Positions 10,720 to 23,845 are shown, counted from the stretch's first letter. The stretch is 64,000 nucleotides of DNA from Takakia lepidozioides (GCA_030704615.1 CM060732.1:70060001-70124000); one strand, 5' to 3'. Program-made: numbers and translations. Notes: generated by a model from the sequence alone, not told the origin.

Positions 10720-12215
10720 ACGAGAGGCATGTGGGCAAGGAGTTGTGCCCAGCGGGCAGAGTTGTTCAAGAGAGTCATGCCTATGGCTTTTGAGAATCTT
10801 GCTATTGCCCAACACCGAGACACATTGAGCTATGCCACTATACGTGGAGGGGGATATCGGCCAGGTGTTCAGTGTTTCCACCCTGGGGACTATGTGTATC
10901 TGCAGCAGACAGCAGGCTACGACCTTGGATGTTACAGCAGGACGTGTGATTCTAAGGGTCAGGGAGGTGTTGCCTTCAGGAGTGTTGATTCTGGAGGGTC
11001 GAGATGGCATGGTATGGAAGGACCATGTGCGTAATTGTGCGCCATGTCACCTTCCACATGTGGATGGGAGGATAGATCCCAACCTTGCAGTGGTACCTTC
11101 AGGATTGCGTTGCATGTTATGTGGGCATACTCGTGGTGCCGCCACTATGCTGGTGTGTGATCGATGCTCAAGAGGTTGGGCACATGGGATGCTTGACACC
11201 ACCTCTTGAGAGGGTTCCTGATGGAGATTGGTTATGTCCACATTGCTTGTGATAGTGGCAGTGGATATGACTAGTGGCAGCTAACAAGACATGGGAGGCC
11301 AAGCTCATATGAGTCAATACCCGAGATCTTAGGCTCAAGTTCACAGGATGCAAGACGGGCGACTAACGATGGGGCAACTCTTGTACACGGCCTCTTGATC
11401 TATCGAGTTTGAGTGTAGTAGGGACAGTGGTGGAGGACTTAGTGAGGCTATGGTCACTATCACATCTTGTGGCTACCTGGAATTAGAGGGACCTAAGCGC
11501 CAGCTAGGGGGGCGATTGTGATGGACTAGTGGCAACCTAGTGATGATCTAGTGGCTGCACTAGTGGTAGCTAGTGGCAGCCTAGTGGTGGACTAATGGCT
11601 GCACTAGTGGTGGCTAGTGGTAGCCTAGTAGTGCACTAGTGATAGACTAATGTTTGGTGTGCACATGTGTTGTATGGTTTTGGACAACGATGTAAATGTG
11701 TAGCGATATGTATGCGCACGACATCTGTCAAGTTATTTTACCACTAGTGTGAAGTTAGCTAGGAAATAGCTAGCTTCTATATATTGACATTTGGGATTGA
11801 CCCAAGTGTCAATCCAGGGGCCAATACATGTTTGGGCACCTGACATTGTTATCTTCACGGCAGATCATGGTGGGCTCATCTTTCTCGAATTGAGCCTCAC
11901 CGCGTCTAGTTATGGCGCCGTAGTATGGATTCCCCATGGCGTGGGGTGCACTTGGCTCGACTTAATATATGAGTGATGTTTTCATGTACAAGTATGTAAG
12001 TTTGAGAGAGCTCGTATGCTTGTATCATTCATTTCCTTATCATTGTGATGGACTAGTGGCTGTACTAGTGGTGGCTAGTGGCAGCCTAATGGTGGACTAG
12101 TGGCTGCACTAGTGGTGGCTAGTGGCAGCCTAGTGGTGCACTAGTGTTTGGTGTGCACATGTGTTGTGTGGTTTTGGACAACGATGTAGTTGTGTAGCAA
12201 TATGTATGCGCACGA
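10720..12215 (+). mobile_element. PHD-gypsy copy 2, 5'-truncated within integrase
   Basis: RAELFKRVMPMAFENLAIAQHRD...WKDHVRNCAPCHLP...PHD finger, homologous to 2541-3054; PPT at ~11506-11515; B-A-B terminal repeat. Confidence 0.93.
11517..12215 (+). repeat. 3' terminal repeat of gypsy copy 2 (B1 11517-11723, B2 12044-12215) containing a CTAGTGG minisatellite
   Basis: tgtgatggactagtggc...tatgtatgcgcacga occurs twice; 11-12 bp ctagtgg-based units. Confidence 0.9.
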
Positions 12216-12918
12216 AAGGAATTAATCTCCCTCTAACTATCTACAGATAAAATCCAACTACTTCCACTTCAGGGATGTCTCGGCGTGAGCCTGGTCACGT
12301 GAGCGCGTGAGCGCAACTGCGCTCACGCCACGTCACCTTGCGCAAATGCCACGTCACGGGGCTCACTCCTCATCATCACCGTGAAGGCCGCGTCACCCAC
12401 GCGCCCAGAAAGAAGTGGAGTGTATTCCCGCGGATTGGCACCCTTTACCGCGGAAACAAGCTGGACGACATAATAAAAGACATTGAATAAAGGATGGATG
12501 AATATACAGTTGGATGATAAACAGATGGATGAGTGTGAAAAATGAATGTAGATGGATGAATGAGGGATGGATAAGAGTAAAATGGATGAATGTATAATGG
12601 ATGTTGAGCAATGACAAAAATTCATGACAGGAAGATGCATGACCAAAACTTTTGACGAATGCACAACGTATATGAAATGAGTTACACCTACGGCTGGCCA
12701 CTAAAAAGTCAGGGGATAGGGACTCGGCCGCGTGAAGTGCCATTGCTTCGGCAAAACAGGAAGCAGAAAATTGGAAAGGGGGCTGTCGAAAACAGACTCG
12801 CCAGAAATGACTGTATCTCCTGAAGATCCACCGCTGCCTTTCCTGAAAGACAGCCTGAAAAAGTTATTACTGTAACTTTGATGTTATTGAGAAATTGAGT
12901 ATGACTCCCAAAGAGGGT

Positions 12919-15900
12919 TTAGCACTTACTCACATGAAAAGTCGTTGTCGACCTGCTTATCTTCGGGATCGTCATCATTTCGAATTTGAATCCGATCAGT
13001 CTGTGTGTGCCTGAAGTGGAGCCAGACAAAAGGGGGAGGAGCACTGTGTTGTAGAGGTCAGAATCACCCTCCATGCCAAAAAGGCTTCTTCCGCCTGCCT
13101 TGCATGCATGGTAAGTTGCTCCTACACCAGACAGGAGAACATGAACAGTTTGGAGGGGGGATTTAAGCAGATGAAACTGTTGAAAGAAAACCAGTTCGGA
13201 AGGGAAAAAACGAACCTGTGGACACAGAAAGATCAACCACCCGTGCAGAGCGGTGGCTACATGACTCCAGCAGTATTTGCATGAACGCTGGGACTTTTCC
13301 TTTGCACCTCTCCAGGGAGTGCCATCTGGTCTCTTCAGAGTCTGACTGGACTGCATGAAGTTGTACAAAATGTCATCGACATGGGGCTGATAGGGGGGGT
13401 TGACGAAACAACCCTGGTCAAAAATCTCAAAGCTGCGGATGGAGGATGGTGTCTTTGAGGTGCGAATCCTCCGCAGGCAGATCGCCTCGAACATCCTCGT
13501 CTGCCAAAGATAGCAGGTTAGTGTGGTAACACAATCTATAGTGGAAGTGTGTACATCGGCTATTCAGAACTCAGACACAAAAAAATCATGAATCGGTGAT
13601 GATCGGTGTTGATCATAACACATTCTACTAGAGTGGAGCTGCAGAGAACATTGAAACTCATGATGAAAGCACAAGCAGAAGGGAGACGACATACCAGCTG
13701 ACCAGGGAAACCCCCTTTCACAAGGTAGAGGCTGTTCACACAAATTCCATGTGCGCAAAACTTCAAACCCTGAAGACTTGAGGTATGATGCCAATGCCCG
13801 ACGACTATCATTGTCACATGACTGAAAAAGCAGAAGTGTCCCTGCATCAGAGAGGAAGTTGTTACAGAACCCGAACACCCCAACTCCAGTAGTTTGTCCT
13901 CGAATTTGTTCCAGCCTGGCGTCTTGCCCTTTGGAAGAACTTCTGGCACAGCCTGGCCATCCGGGATGTCGAGAATGACAATGTCGGCCGCATAAGTTTT
14001 CTGCACACCGCACAAAGGTGGGACCTGTGCTCACCTGCAACAGACATGTTTTTTATAAGAACGATGGCAAGAATGTTTTTCAAAGAACGAGACTGAAATA
14101 CTGCCAACGAAACTTTCAGAGAAAAAGGAAAGAAACTGGAATTCTCACCAGATTGAGGAATGAGATTATATTGTCCCAGGTAGGGATGGCACCCCAGTGT
14201 ATCCTCTCTTTCGACTCTGCATCATCGAAAGCCAACCCTCATTAACAATTTTCATCTCTCCTGCTGAATCAGAACGGGAAGGGTGTGGCTTGGCATCGAA
14301 CACGCACTGAAGAGTGCGGGTATATCTTCCAGCAGTAAAGTCCTGCCCACTCTCCATCTCCTTTTCATTCTCCTTCCCCTTGTCCTTTTCCTTCTCTTTG
14401 GACTTGTCTTTATCCTTTGGCTTTGCTGGTGAGATGGCTATGACATCACCAACCTTGTCTTTTGGTTTGAGGCCCGCCTTCTTTCCCTTCTGCGGCGTTC
14501 CCTGAGCATCAGGCTCCTTGGCAGCCAATGTTGCTATGTTTCGTTGGTACTCTTCGTCAGTCAAAGGCGCTAGCATCTCTCATCGTTATTGTTCAAGTAT
14601 TTCATATGCTGTTCTTGAAAGGTCGTGTGCTCCGGTGGGCAGTCAATGTACCACCCCAAGTCTCTGAAGTGAGAAGGACTCCAGTCCTTCAATATCCCTG
14701 CAGTATACATGGTTGGATCGTTTGCAGGGTCCGACCACATGTCAAGATAGTCTGGAATTCCGCTCAGGTGATTTCCTTCCATAAGCACATATTTCGTGTA
14801 CCTGAAAAAAAGGAGATAAATCCCAACCCACAAAAGCGCTCAGTGAGTAAGATGCAAGTAGAACAGAATGAAAAAAACATAGATTGAAATGGCTCTGAGA
14901 ACTGCTCCAAGGACCTTTCAGGACCACACGACTGCTCCAGATGTGAATGTCGTCAACGCCATTCAAAACATCCTTTCAATGATACTGTAAATACACCCTA
15001 ATCCAGATGAATGCAAACTATCGTTTTGGAATGACACAGACATAGAAGTGAATGTCGTCACGACATTCACTAATGAAGCCTAATTATTCCTCAATGAAGC
15101 AAAATCACAGGATGGAAATCATAAACTCGAGTAAGGAACCCTCCAGGAAAACTCAATGCACATTCATAACGAACATATCACTGAGGACCTCACAACATCA
15201 CTGTATGTGAATGGCGTCGACGCCATTCACAAAAATACCAAAAGAAAACCAATTACTTAGCTCCCAATCCATGTAATTCAAATTGTCGTTGTTGAATAAT
15301 ACAGACACAGAAGTGAATGTCGTCAACGACATTCACTCTGGATTTCTCATAACAGAGCTTATCAAGCCTCCAGATTCCTCGCAGAGGCAAAAATGCAGAA
15401 CAACTGAATGTCTGCATTGACATTAAGCAAAATGAAGTGAGGAACCCTCACTGTAACCTCTATGGACATTACAAAAATTTACATAACTCTGAGGACCTCT
15501 CAACAACTCCGTATGTGAATGTCATCAACGCCATTCAAGGACATTATCAATTCTAATCAGGGACACTATAATTACACCCCTTGGATCCTAACCAGGTGAA
15601 TTCATATACTCGCTTAAGAATGACTCAGACAAAGAAGTGAATGTCGTCACGACATTCAATCTGGATCTATGATTGCAATCCTTATGAAGCCACATTTTTT
15701 TCCAAAAAAAACAGTAGAGTTTCAAGTATGACATTGCACCTATACACAACTCGCATCATGGCCCACTCTCCTCCAACCTGACTGTCAAGTCGTTGGACCG
15801 TAAAATGTTACCATCTTTGGAGAACTCCCCGAAAAAACAGTATCTCTCCAGGTGAGACCTCTTCACTTCCTTATGTATGCCTCCAATGACATTTGGGGAG

Positions 15901-18120
15901 GGGAAACAATCGAAATGTTCAGGTCCTTCAAAGTCTGATCCAGCACAATGACGGCGCGCTTTTCGAGCTGCAAATAGTATATTTGTCAGAATTGCAAATA
16001 AGATACTCATCACATACTTGAAGAGAAGAAAACAACATGTTTGAATACACACCTGACTCTAAAATGTAGCCTTGTGGAGCCAGTTATCAAACACCCAATC
16101 AGTGATTCCTTCCACCTTTGTGCCAGGCTGTATGGTGCTCTTTGGGAACTGATTCAAGTCCTTTACTGTTTGATCTGAGTTCCATATCTCCAGCCACCTT
16201 ATTTTTTTTGTGGGTCGACCATCGATATGGCCAGCCGGTGCAATTTTCTCCTGCTGCATCTCCGGATGCACATGCTTGTCATAATGTTGTTTTGATCTAC
16301 TGAAGGAACTCAGGACCAGTCCAGGATCTACTAATTCTAAGCTGCTTTCCGAAGGCGGACATCAATTTGGTTCTTCGCATTTCAAACTCCTTCTTTATTG
16401 CAGCTTCCACACCCTTTGATGTCCTTAGTTCTTCTGGTGTAGTGCGGTAATATTTGGATTTTCCCTTCTCAGCTGCCTCTGCCAGTTCTTGCTGCATTGA
16501 TTCAAGTAGTGATTAGCTCCGAAGGGACTACAAACATGTATTCAAAAGTAAGCAGAGTACAGACTCGGGCTTACCGCATACATGTACTCCAGAAATGCCT
16601 CTCGTGTCAAAGAATACCAAGTGCCTGCAGCTCTTCCTGTTTCGCACTTCTTGATGATATTGGATGGGTACTATCCGAGAAATCATCCAGCTTCATCAGA
16701 CCAATCCTCTGAATTCGGAATAGTGTGTGACCAAGCTTGTTGTCACATGCGATTTCTCTGTCGATCTGCAAAAACATTGGAAACATTGCATTCCTTAACA
16801 CTGTTTTTTGAGGATTAATAAGACACTACAGAGGGAATGAAATCTCCTGGATGACTTACTTGTTCACGTCGTGCATAGCTGTAAGAAGCCTAGCGATGTC
16901 GTTTTCCAGGATCCAAAACCATTGCCTCCACAGCAACATGCTTGTCTTTGTCTTTCGCATGGTGTTTTCTGAATGTATCCCATCCATGCCAGCAATCGGT
17001 GGTTGCCGTCCCAGACGTAGAACATGTGGTTGCAGAATTGCTGGGTGTTCTTTCCCATCATGAGGCCCAGCTCGAACTCCTCATTGGCATCTTTCCAGGC
17101 ATCCTTTCAGAGGAGGATATCAATGTGAAAAGCACCCGAACATGTTGGATGATGGTCGTTACATTCACTATTTGCAAATGTCAGAACCATCAAACTCACT
17201 ATGAATGGTGTGAAACAATTCAGCACAATCTACACAAGCAAAGCTGATATTGCCGTATTCAAAACAAAAGCGAGAGCGATAGCGAACGGCGTTAACGACA
17301 ATCACAAAAGATAACGACCTGCCGGATCGGTGTTGTGTAATGACATCTATGTGCAACTGATTGGCGGCAACGACATTCAGTATAGTTTAGGGCGGACAGT
17401 AAGTGCAGATTATTCAGATTGACTCCACTGTGATTACCGTCGCCAGCATGGGAAGAGGAAGGACTGCTTGAAAGGCAATCAGACAGACTGTATGGTCTGA
17501 ACAACGATGATTGACGGTATGCCGACCCTCACTCTCTCTTCAAACACATAGGTACATAAATCTCATGAGGAGAATCGAATGGCGTTAATGACGCTCGCAA
17601 TTCAGTAGTTCCTGCTAAAGAAGGGAAGAAAGGACTCCTTGAAAGGCAATCAGACAGACTGTATGATCTGAACAACATTGAATGACTGTACCGATAGTCA
17701 CCCACTTATTGTGCGGTAAACCCTTCGCAGAGGAGTAGAAAGCAAATCACCTTTTGTGATGGTCGGTAGCGACAATCCCTGTCTGGGACATTCCACTCAA
17801 TCTCTACGCATATCTTCAACAATGAAATGTAAGTTAGATAAAACTTACTGGCACCTTCTTAGGTTTTGAAATTTGATCCCCTTCTGCAACTTTCCTCTTC
17901 CCTCTCACATCTGCTGGAATTTCTGGACCTTCTCCCGGTTCGGTGTTCCGCGTGCTTCCACCTCCTTCAGTGTCCCTGCGAATCATCTCTGCCTCCACAG
18001 CTGGCGCACTCTTATCGCCGACTGTGTCACAGCCGCTGCCTCAGTCTCCGTCTGCTCTCTGAATCAGTCTCCGCGTTGCGCCTTGGCCCTGTGTTCTCCA
18101 ACAAACGACGCCTCGTCATT
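12919..18120 (-). pseudogene. Multi-exon gene: ParB/Srx-like domain plus C-terminal N6/N4 DNA methyltransferase-like domain
   Basis: FYVWDGNHRLLAW at ~16985-17025; ADIVILDIPDG at ~13956-13990; PWRGAKEKSPAFMQILLESCSHRSARVVDLSVSTG (one frameshift) spliced to GATYHACKAGGRSLFGMEGD at ~13063-13122; GT-AG introns. Confidence 0.75.
14900..15660. repeat. Three ~270-310 bp tandem units carrying six GTGAATGnCGTn(n)ACGnCATTCA palindromes
   Basis: Copies start at 14943, 15048, 15207, 15313, 15515 and 15637; 15206-15231 is a perfect 26-bp palindrome. Confidence 0.9.
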
Positions 18121-18968
18121 TGCTCTCTTGCTCTGCGTCTCTCTCTAAGGGAAGTAAAATAAAGAGACTTTCTTCTCTTTCGTATTGTAGAAGGAACCCT
18201 CTCCAGCTTGACTACCACTCTCCCTCTAAGCGCGAAAAGTAGAAAAACGCAGTGACTCCCGATTTCTTGCGGGATTGCCTGCGTTCTTGCGTGTCTCTAG
18301 AAGCATCGGATTCCCTCTCGCGTGACCGTTACACATAGTTTCCCTTATTAGTGCACATGCCAGCAATTGGTGTACAGCTGTTCGTATTCAGTTATGGATG
18401 TCTGACGTGTGTCGCCCAAAAAAAACGGCGTGTTCTTTATTAGAACGGTTTCAATATTTAAAAATAACAACGAATCCCAGAAATCTTGGTGCAGTCTTAC
18501 ACAAATAAATGTAAATGAACGAGAGTTTTGATGACAAATCTTGGAATCATACACGGTCATCCTTGTTAGCCAAACCCCACATTCGTTTCACATTTGGAAC
18601 TTCCAGGTGCGCATGATCATTGGTAGTAGTATAAAGATACATTTACTTAATCTGCAATCCCATTCTCAGATCCTGTGGCATGCTTCCAGGAAGTCGGCTT
18701 TGTTTTTGGGTTTATTGATGAGGTTCTGGTTAACGGTTTAACAGCTATCGACACTGCTCCTAGGGATACTCTGACCACTGGGCCCACAAAAAATTAATTA
18801 AAATGGACGGCTGCATATCTGGAAAGAATAACATAATATGCACAGTCGTTGTCTGAGCTTCCTCCGCCATATTCTCTGCTCATTCTTCAACTGTGTTCTG
18901 GAGACATCAGTAAACCGATTTACACTAGATCTGCGATAGCAAGGTACAAACGTACGCGAGGAAGGAAG

Positions 18969-21900
18969 ATGGCTTCCTCTGAAGCGGAGTTCTTCTCTGA
19001 CGACAAACCAGTGCCGTTCTCCCAGGAAGTCCTTGACAATGGATTTGCAATTGTTCTGGAACATGTCTTGGCTACCCGTTTTCAGCTGCAGAATGGCTCC
19101 ATCTTTTGGAGAAAGAGGTGTACGATCTTAAAGGGAAGTTGTTGAAATACTCTTTCCAAAACCGTGATGAGACGGCTCATATCAGCCAGTGGAGAGTGCG
19201 TCCTGGTCGATACAGAGTACTTGGAGAGCCTCGGCGAAAGTCCCTTGGGTCATATGTGACGCCCGGGCTGCTGCTTCGAAGACAAGAGGGAGGTGGTGGT
19301 GAAAAAAGAACAGACGTCCTCCACTCCAATCGTTGAGCTTTCGGATTCTTCCGATGATGACATAAGTGAAATTCCAAATCCAGTCCTTCCTACTGTGGTT
19401 GGAGAAGCTGATGAAGAAGAGATTTGTAGTATCATTCCAAAATTGCGGGCGATGGGAGGAATGGCTGGATTCAAAAGTGAGTTGCGGGGAATTGATTGGG
19501 AATCTTTGAAGCAGGTGCCTGTGAAGTTCTTGCCGGAGACTTTTGATGGCGATATCCTATTCGAGCTGCCTCCTCCTCCGCGAGTTGGAGGTGTAACAAT
19601 CATGATGCATGGAATGGACAAGAAACACGACGGGCACCCGTGGTGCAGAACAAAAACATCCAATATTAGAATGATGACAAGCTTGTTTTCAGGAGGACAG
19701 TTTGCAATGGACACCTTAGGTGTGATAATTTGAATTGCAGACACTTTCTTCAGTCTGGGGTTCTAATCAAAGCGAATGGGAGGGTCTGGCGGAAAATCCA
19801 TTTCAGCCTGGGATTGCCCCTCCACCGGCAAACACTTTCGTCTGCAAATTCTGCAAACTTGTGCCATCCTGCTTGGCGCTCTGCGGAGCAAGAATGTACT
19901 ATGTTGTCCACCGTTTGAAAACAATGACAAGAGCTTGTGTGCATTTTGGATTCCATAACCATCCTGTCTCGAAGGGGGATTACAGGGAGAGTGTTGAGAC
20001 AGTATCGAGGTTGATTAAACAGGAGTTCGGGAGAAACCCATCCGCAACAACATCTGCAATTGCTCTTGGCGCAAGCAAGTCCTTCTTGGAAAGCCATATT
20101 TTGAGTGAAGGGGATTCTGTGGGGACTAAACTTGACGGTGCAGCATTGGACCTGGTCATGGATCATTTCTCCACTTTAAGTTCACATAACATTCGGCATC
20201 AGATCAATGCATTGAGAATGGGCTCTGGGATCTGAGGCTACATAGACAACATTTTGGAATTGAAACGAGTGAGCAAGTACGATTACATCCAGGACAATGT
20301 ATTCCCAGGTCAAGGTGCCATCAAAGTTTTTCTTTTCAAAATGTCGACTGTTGGGGAGGGCAGTGGGGTTAGCCTCGTGAAGCGGATGCAGAAACTGGGG
20401 ACTTGCAGAACTGTTTTCTTATGTTTGATCATGTGAAACGAGTGAAGGATTGGACAACAATGGCTTGTCATGTCTACGATCCAGTGTACCAACGAGTTAT
20501 GACAATTGCAGTTTGTGACATACAATCCGAGGATACGGAATCCCAGAAGCTCATGTGGAATTCCCTGATACGTGTCATGGGCTGCCATGGGCTGCCATCT
20601 CCAAATTTTGCAGGTTTCATGGCGGATAGTGCCCAAGCAAATTTCAATGCTGTTCGTATTGTCTTCGGATCGGGCGACCCAAAAGTGCCTATGCAGGAAG
20701 AGAGCGTACATGTCTATTCCATTGGACAATCTCTGGAAAAACATACAAAGTCGGACATCAAACCAGAGATGCAGACTCAGCACCGTAAATTGTGCAAAGA
20801 GTACAAAGATGCTAGAACAATGAAGGAGGCGGACACTTTGTTCCAGACAATTCGTGCCTGGTGGTTCTCTTCTGGAGCTGCATCACTTGAGAGTATGAGA
20901 GCATTGGAAGATTGGTTGGCGTTTTGGCACTTCCGGTATAGACAGGGGAGCAGCCATGACAATGGTACGAGGCTTCTATTTCATGCTTTATTCATCATTT
21001 GCTTTCCATATTTTTGACTCATTGCTTTCTTTATGTTGTTTCCTGTGCACTGTTCTGAAGTGTGGTTATCCTCTTTGCAGAACATGTCCATTGAGGAAAT
21101 GGCGGACATGCCATCTTGCAATTTGACAGAAACTGTGCACAACGCATGGTTGCAGCAGTCTGGGAAACGGTCGGGATTTGTATGTGGCAACAACAGATGA
21201 TTTGATACGTGCCTTGCAACAACAAACCCGATACCGCGATTTCTTACGAGGTGGGGTTGGTGGCAAGGGTCCGGACAAATGGGAGTTGATGTTGCGTGCT
21301 GCAAACAGATCTGGGATCCAATCAAGATAGCACGGGCGGTGAGCATGTATGCCCAGGGAACGCCACTTGTTTCTAGAGTTCCACATCTTGAAGGGGAGGA
21401 GAGATTTGGCTCCTGTAAGAGGAAATTGAACACTCCACCTGGTTCGGATTCAGATTCCCACAGGGCAGACCGTGATAACTTCTCGAAGCCTCGTGTTCCC
21501 CTGCATGACAGCTCCATGTCCGGAACCTCCATTGTGGAGGAACCTCCAACACGACGGCAAGCTCCAGCATCAAACAGTGCCACTGAAATGGTGCAGGAGA
21601 AACAACCCCCTTGATGTGCTTGAGTCCGCATGCCCCGACCACGTTTGGCACATAGAACGCACAAGTGTAGGATCTCGTGTGAAATGTACAGCGATCAGGG
21701 CAACTAATTTCAAGAAGTGCACTTCATCTATATCTAGAGGTGGTGCCCGAACTCCTGCTCCGACTTTCACGGGCTTGATGCGTCCATACGGTCAACCAGA
21801 AGCCAAGAACCACAAGTTCTAGTTCTGCGCAGATGATTGTGCCAGATGTGTGCATGGAACTGTGCGTCCTTTCGTAGTGATGAAGCCATCTCCTCCAACC

Positions 21901-22090
21901 ATTTGGCCCGTGAAGGTGGGAACACATCTCAGCTTTCAGGAGATTGAAATGCTGGAGGAGGCAGGTTTTTCCCTTGCGAGACAACCCCAACTCCATGCAT
22001 GTGCTACTACTTCTGCGTCCTCCCGGGTCCCCCAGGCAAATCCTGACTTGTGGCCAACCAAACGAGATGGAAAGCGTTGCCCCACCGCCC
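18969..22090 (+). pseudogene. Mutator-like (MULE) transposase with N-terminal GCM/WRKY-like Zn domain
   Basis: DGHPWCRTKTSN..C..C..HFGFHNHP; FLMFDHVKRV, FMADSAQANFNAVRIVFG, RERTCLFHW, CNLTETVHNAW (D, D, CxxH, E); many frameshifts; one intron at ~20964-21080. Confidence 0.85.
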
Positions 22091-23845
22091 ACATGTAAGC
22101 TACCAACTCCTTATATTCCAGGGGAGCCTGGCGCCAGAATTCAACCAATTCTGCCCCTGACCATGTCTCCTCCTTAGCCAGTGGCCTCATCCTATATCTC
22201 AGAGGAATAAGAGTTTGATTGAGCAGATGCAATTGACCCAATGATTTGCAGGAAGTTAAGGTTTTGAAAACCTTCTCCAGTATTTCTGGGATTTGGTGGG
22301 CTGGTACTACCATCATTTTAAAGTATTCCTCTGAATACTTTAACCACTCCCCATCCTGCTTGCATGGCATGATTTGGAAATCATCCACTGCTACTGAAGT
22401 TGATGCTACCAGGACACTTGGTAGTGTTACAGGGTTTACCTCTTGAGTAGATGGCCCTGTTGTGGCCTGTACCAGTGTCTGTTGGCTTGGTGGTGTTTGT
22501 GTTGGTGTTGTTGTTGTTAATTGTATTGGTGTCTCTCGTTCGTGATCTTGCTCTTCTTGATCCTCTTCGTCCATGAGCTCATCTTGTTCTGGAATTGGTG
22601 GCAGGAACTCCTCATGAATGTCTGTCACCAATTTCGCCAACTAGCACTTCATTTGCCTCACCATTGCCCTGTTGAGTTTCTTCATCTCCAATTCACTCCC
22701 TTCATTCAACCAGGCTCTGGCTAAGGCTGCATCTGCTGCATCCAACCCTGCTTGTAGTGTCAGCTTTTCCAGCTACTGCTTCCATTCTTGTTCATTGCCC
22801 ATGGCAATGTCTCTTTCTGTGGTGGCGGTAAACAGCCTGCTCTCAGCATTCTCCCTTTGCTTCAACAGTGTAGTGTTGTTGTTGAGCCACTTCGTTCCCT
22901 GATCTCTGGCAGTCCTCAGCTGCCCCTTGAGTGTCTCCACCTACTGTTTTAATGTTTGCACCTGTCCTGTGAGTGTTTCCACCTCTGTCTCTGTTTGTTG
23001 ATTCTCCCTCTTCTCTCTGTACTGGGGAATCAGCCGTCGAGTTGATGATGTCCTCTGCTGCTGCACTTGTGGTTGCTTTGTTGATCCGGGCTCTCTTTGC
23101 AAGTCCGCCCTCTTCTTCTTCCTGACCTGTTGCGGTCTCACTTCCTTCTTCCTCCATTGTGTCTACCCATTGCATAATTCCCAACGTCGTTTGCTCTTCG
23201 GCTGTTAGGTGTACAGTGTGTCGAATCATCTGGAGTAACAAGGGAGTCGCCATGGTAACAGTTGCTTCCTTCTTCTTCTTTGTCAACCTGGTCAGTTCTT
23301 GAGTTAACTTCTTCAATAAGAAGCTTGCCCAATTCACGATTTGCCCATTGAAGTAAATCAACACTTGGTCGATTAGCTCCTTGGTACAGTAGCTATGGTT
23401 TTGCCTGAGGCAAAGCAATGTGCTAAGTACTGGGGCTATCTTCCTAAAGCCAGGGTTTTTGCTGTGGCTGCATATGTAGCCTTGATCTGCTTGGTTGAGA
23501 TTCTCAAACAAATCTGCAAGTACAAACCTTGGAGGTTTGCCGGTGTGCGGTGGTACGTCCAGACTGGGAAGGTGAAATACTTCCGCCAAGTACTTCTTTG
23601 TCAACAGGATGTGCGTGTCGAGGACATTTGTGCTCCGAGTGCTGGTGTTGTAATTCTCCAAGAACTCCCTGCATAGCTCGTCGTGCTTCAGGTTCCAGTC
23701 CAGCATGGTGATAAAGTATCGCAGGCAAGACTGTCCAACGTCTCCCGTGTCTCTGTGTCCTGCTCAATCTTCTGCAATGCCGGGCTGATTTTGAAATTGA
23801 CTTGCGCATAAGAACTTGGTGCCTTCCGTTTGGTACCTGCCATTT
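22090..23845 (-). pseudogene. Retroelement accessory ORF (plant transposon protein / Athila-ORF-like) with coiled-coil region
   Basis: LCREFLENYN....VLDTHILLTKKYLAEVFHLP and VNWASFLLKKL pattern typical of LTR-element extra ORFs; second partial copy at 6261-6630. Confidence 0.6.

Larger units (their letters stand above)
12216..22090. mobile_element. Composite Mutator-like element: transposase (+) and divergent ParB-methyltransferase-like gene (-); right end truncated
   Basis: Head-to-head genes with similar levels of frameshift decay; left-end GCGTGAGCG/CGCTCACGCC motif cluster also present at 4353-4440 and 42415-42460. Confidence 0.65.

Noticed and set aside
14943-15658. CRISPR-like array of palindromic repeats
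   Set aside because: The spacers are 80-180 bp and are themselves repeated, there are no cas genes, and the context is a eukaryotic intron.
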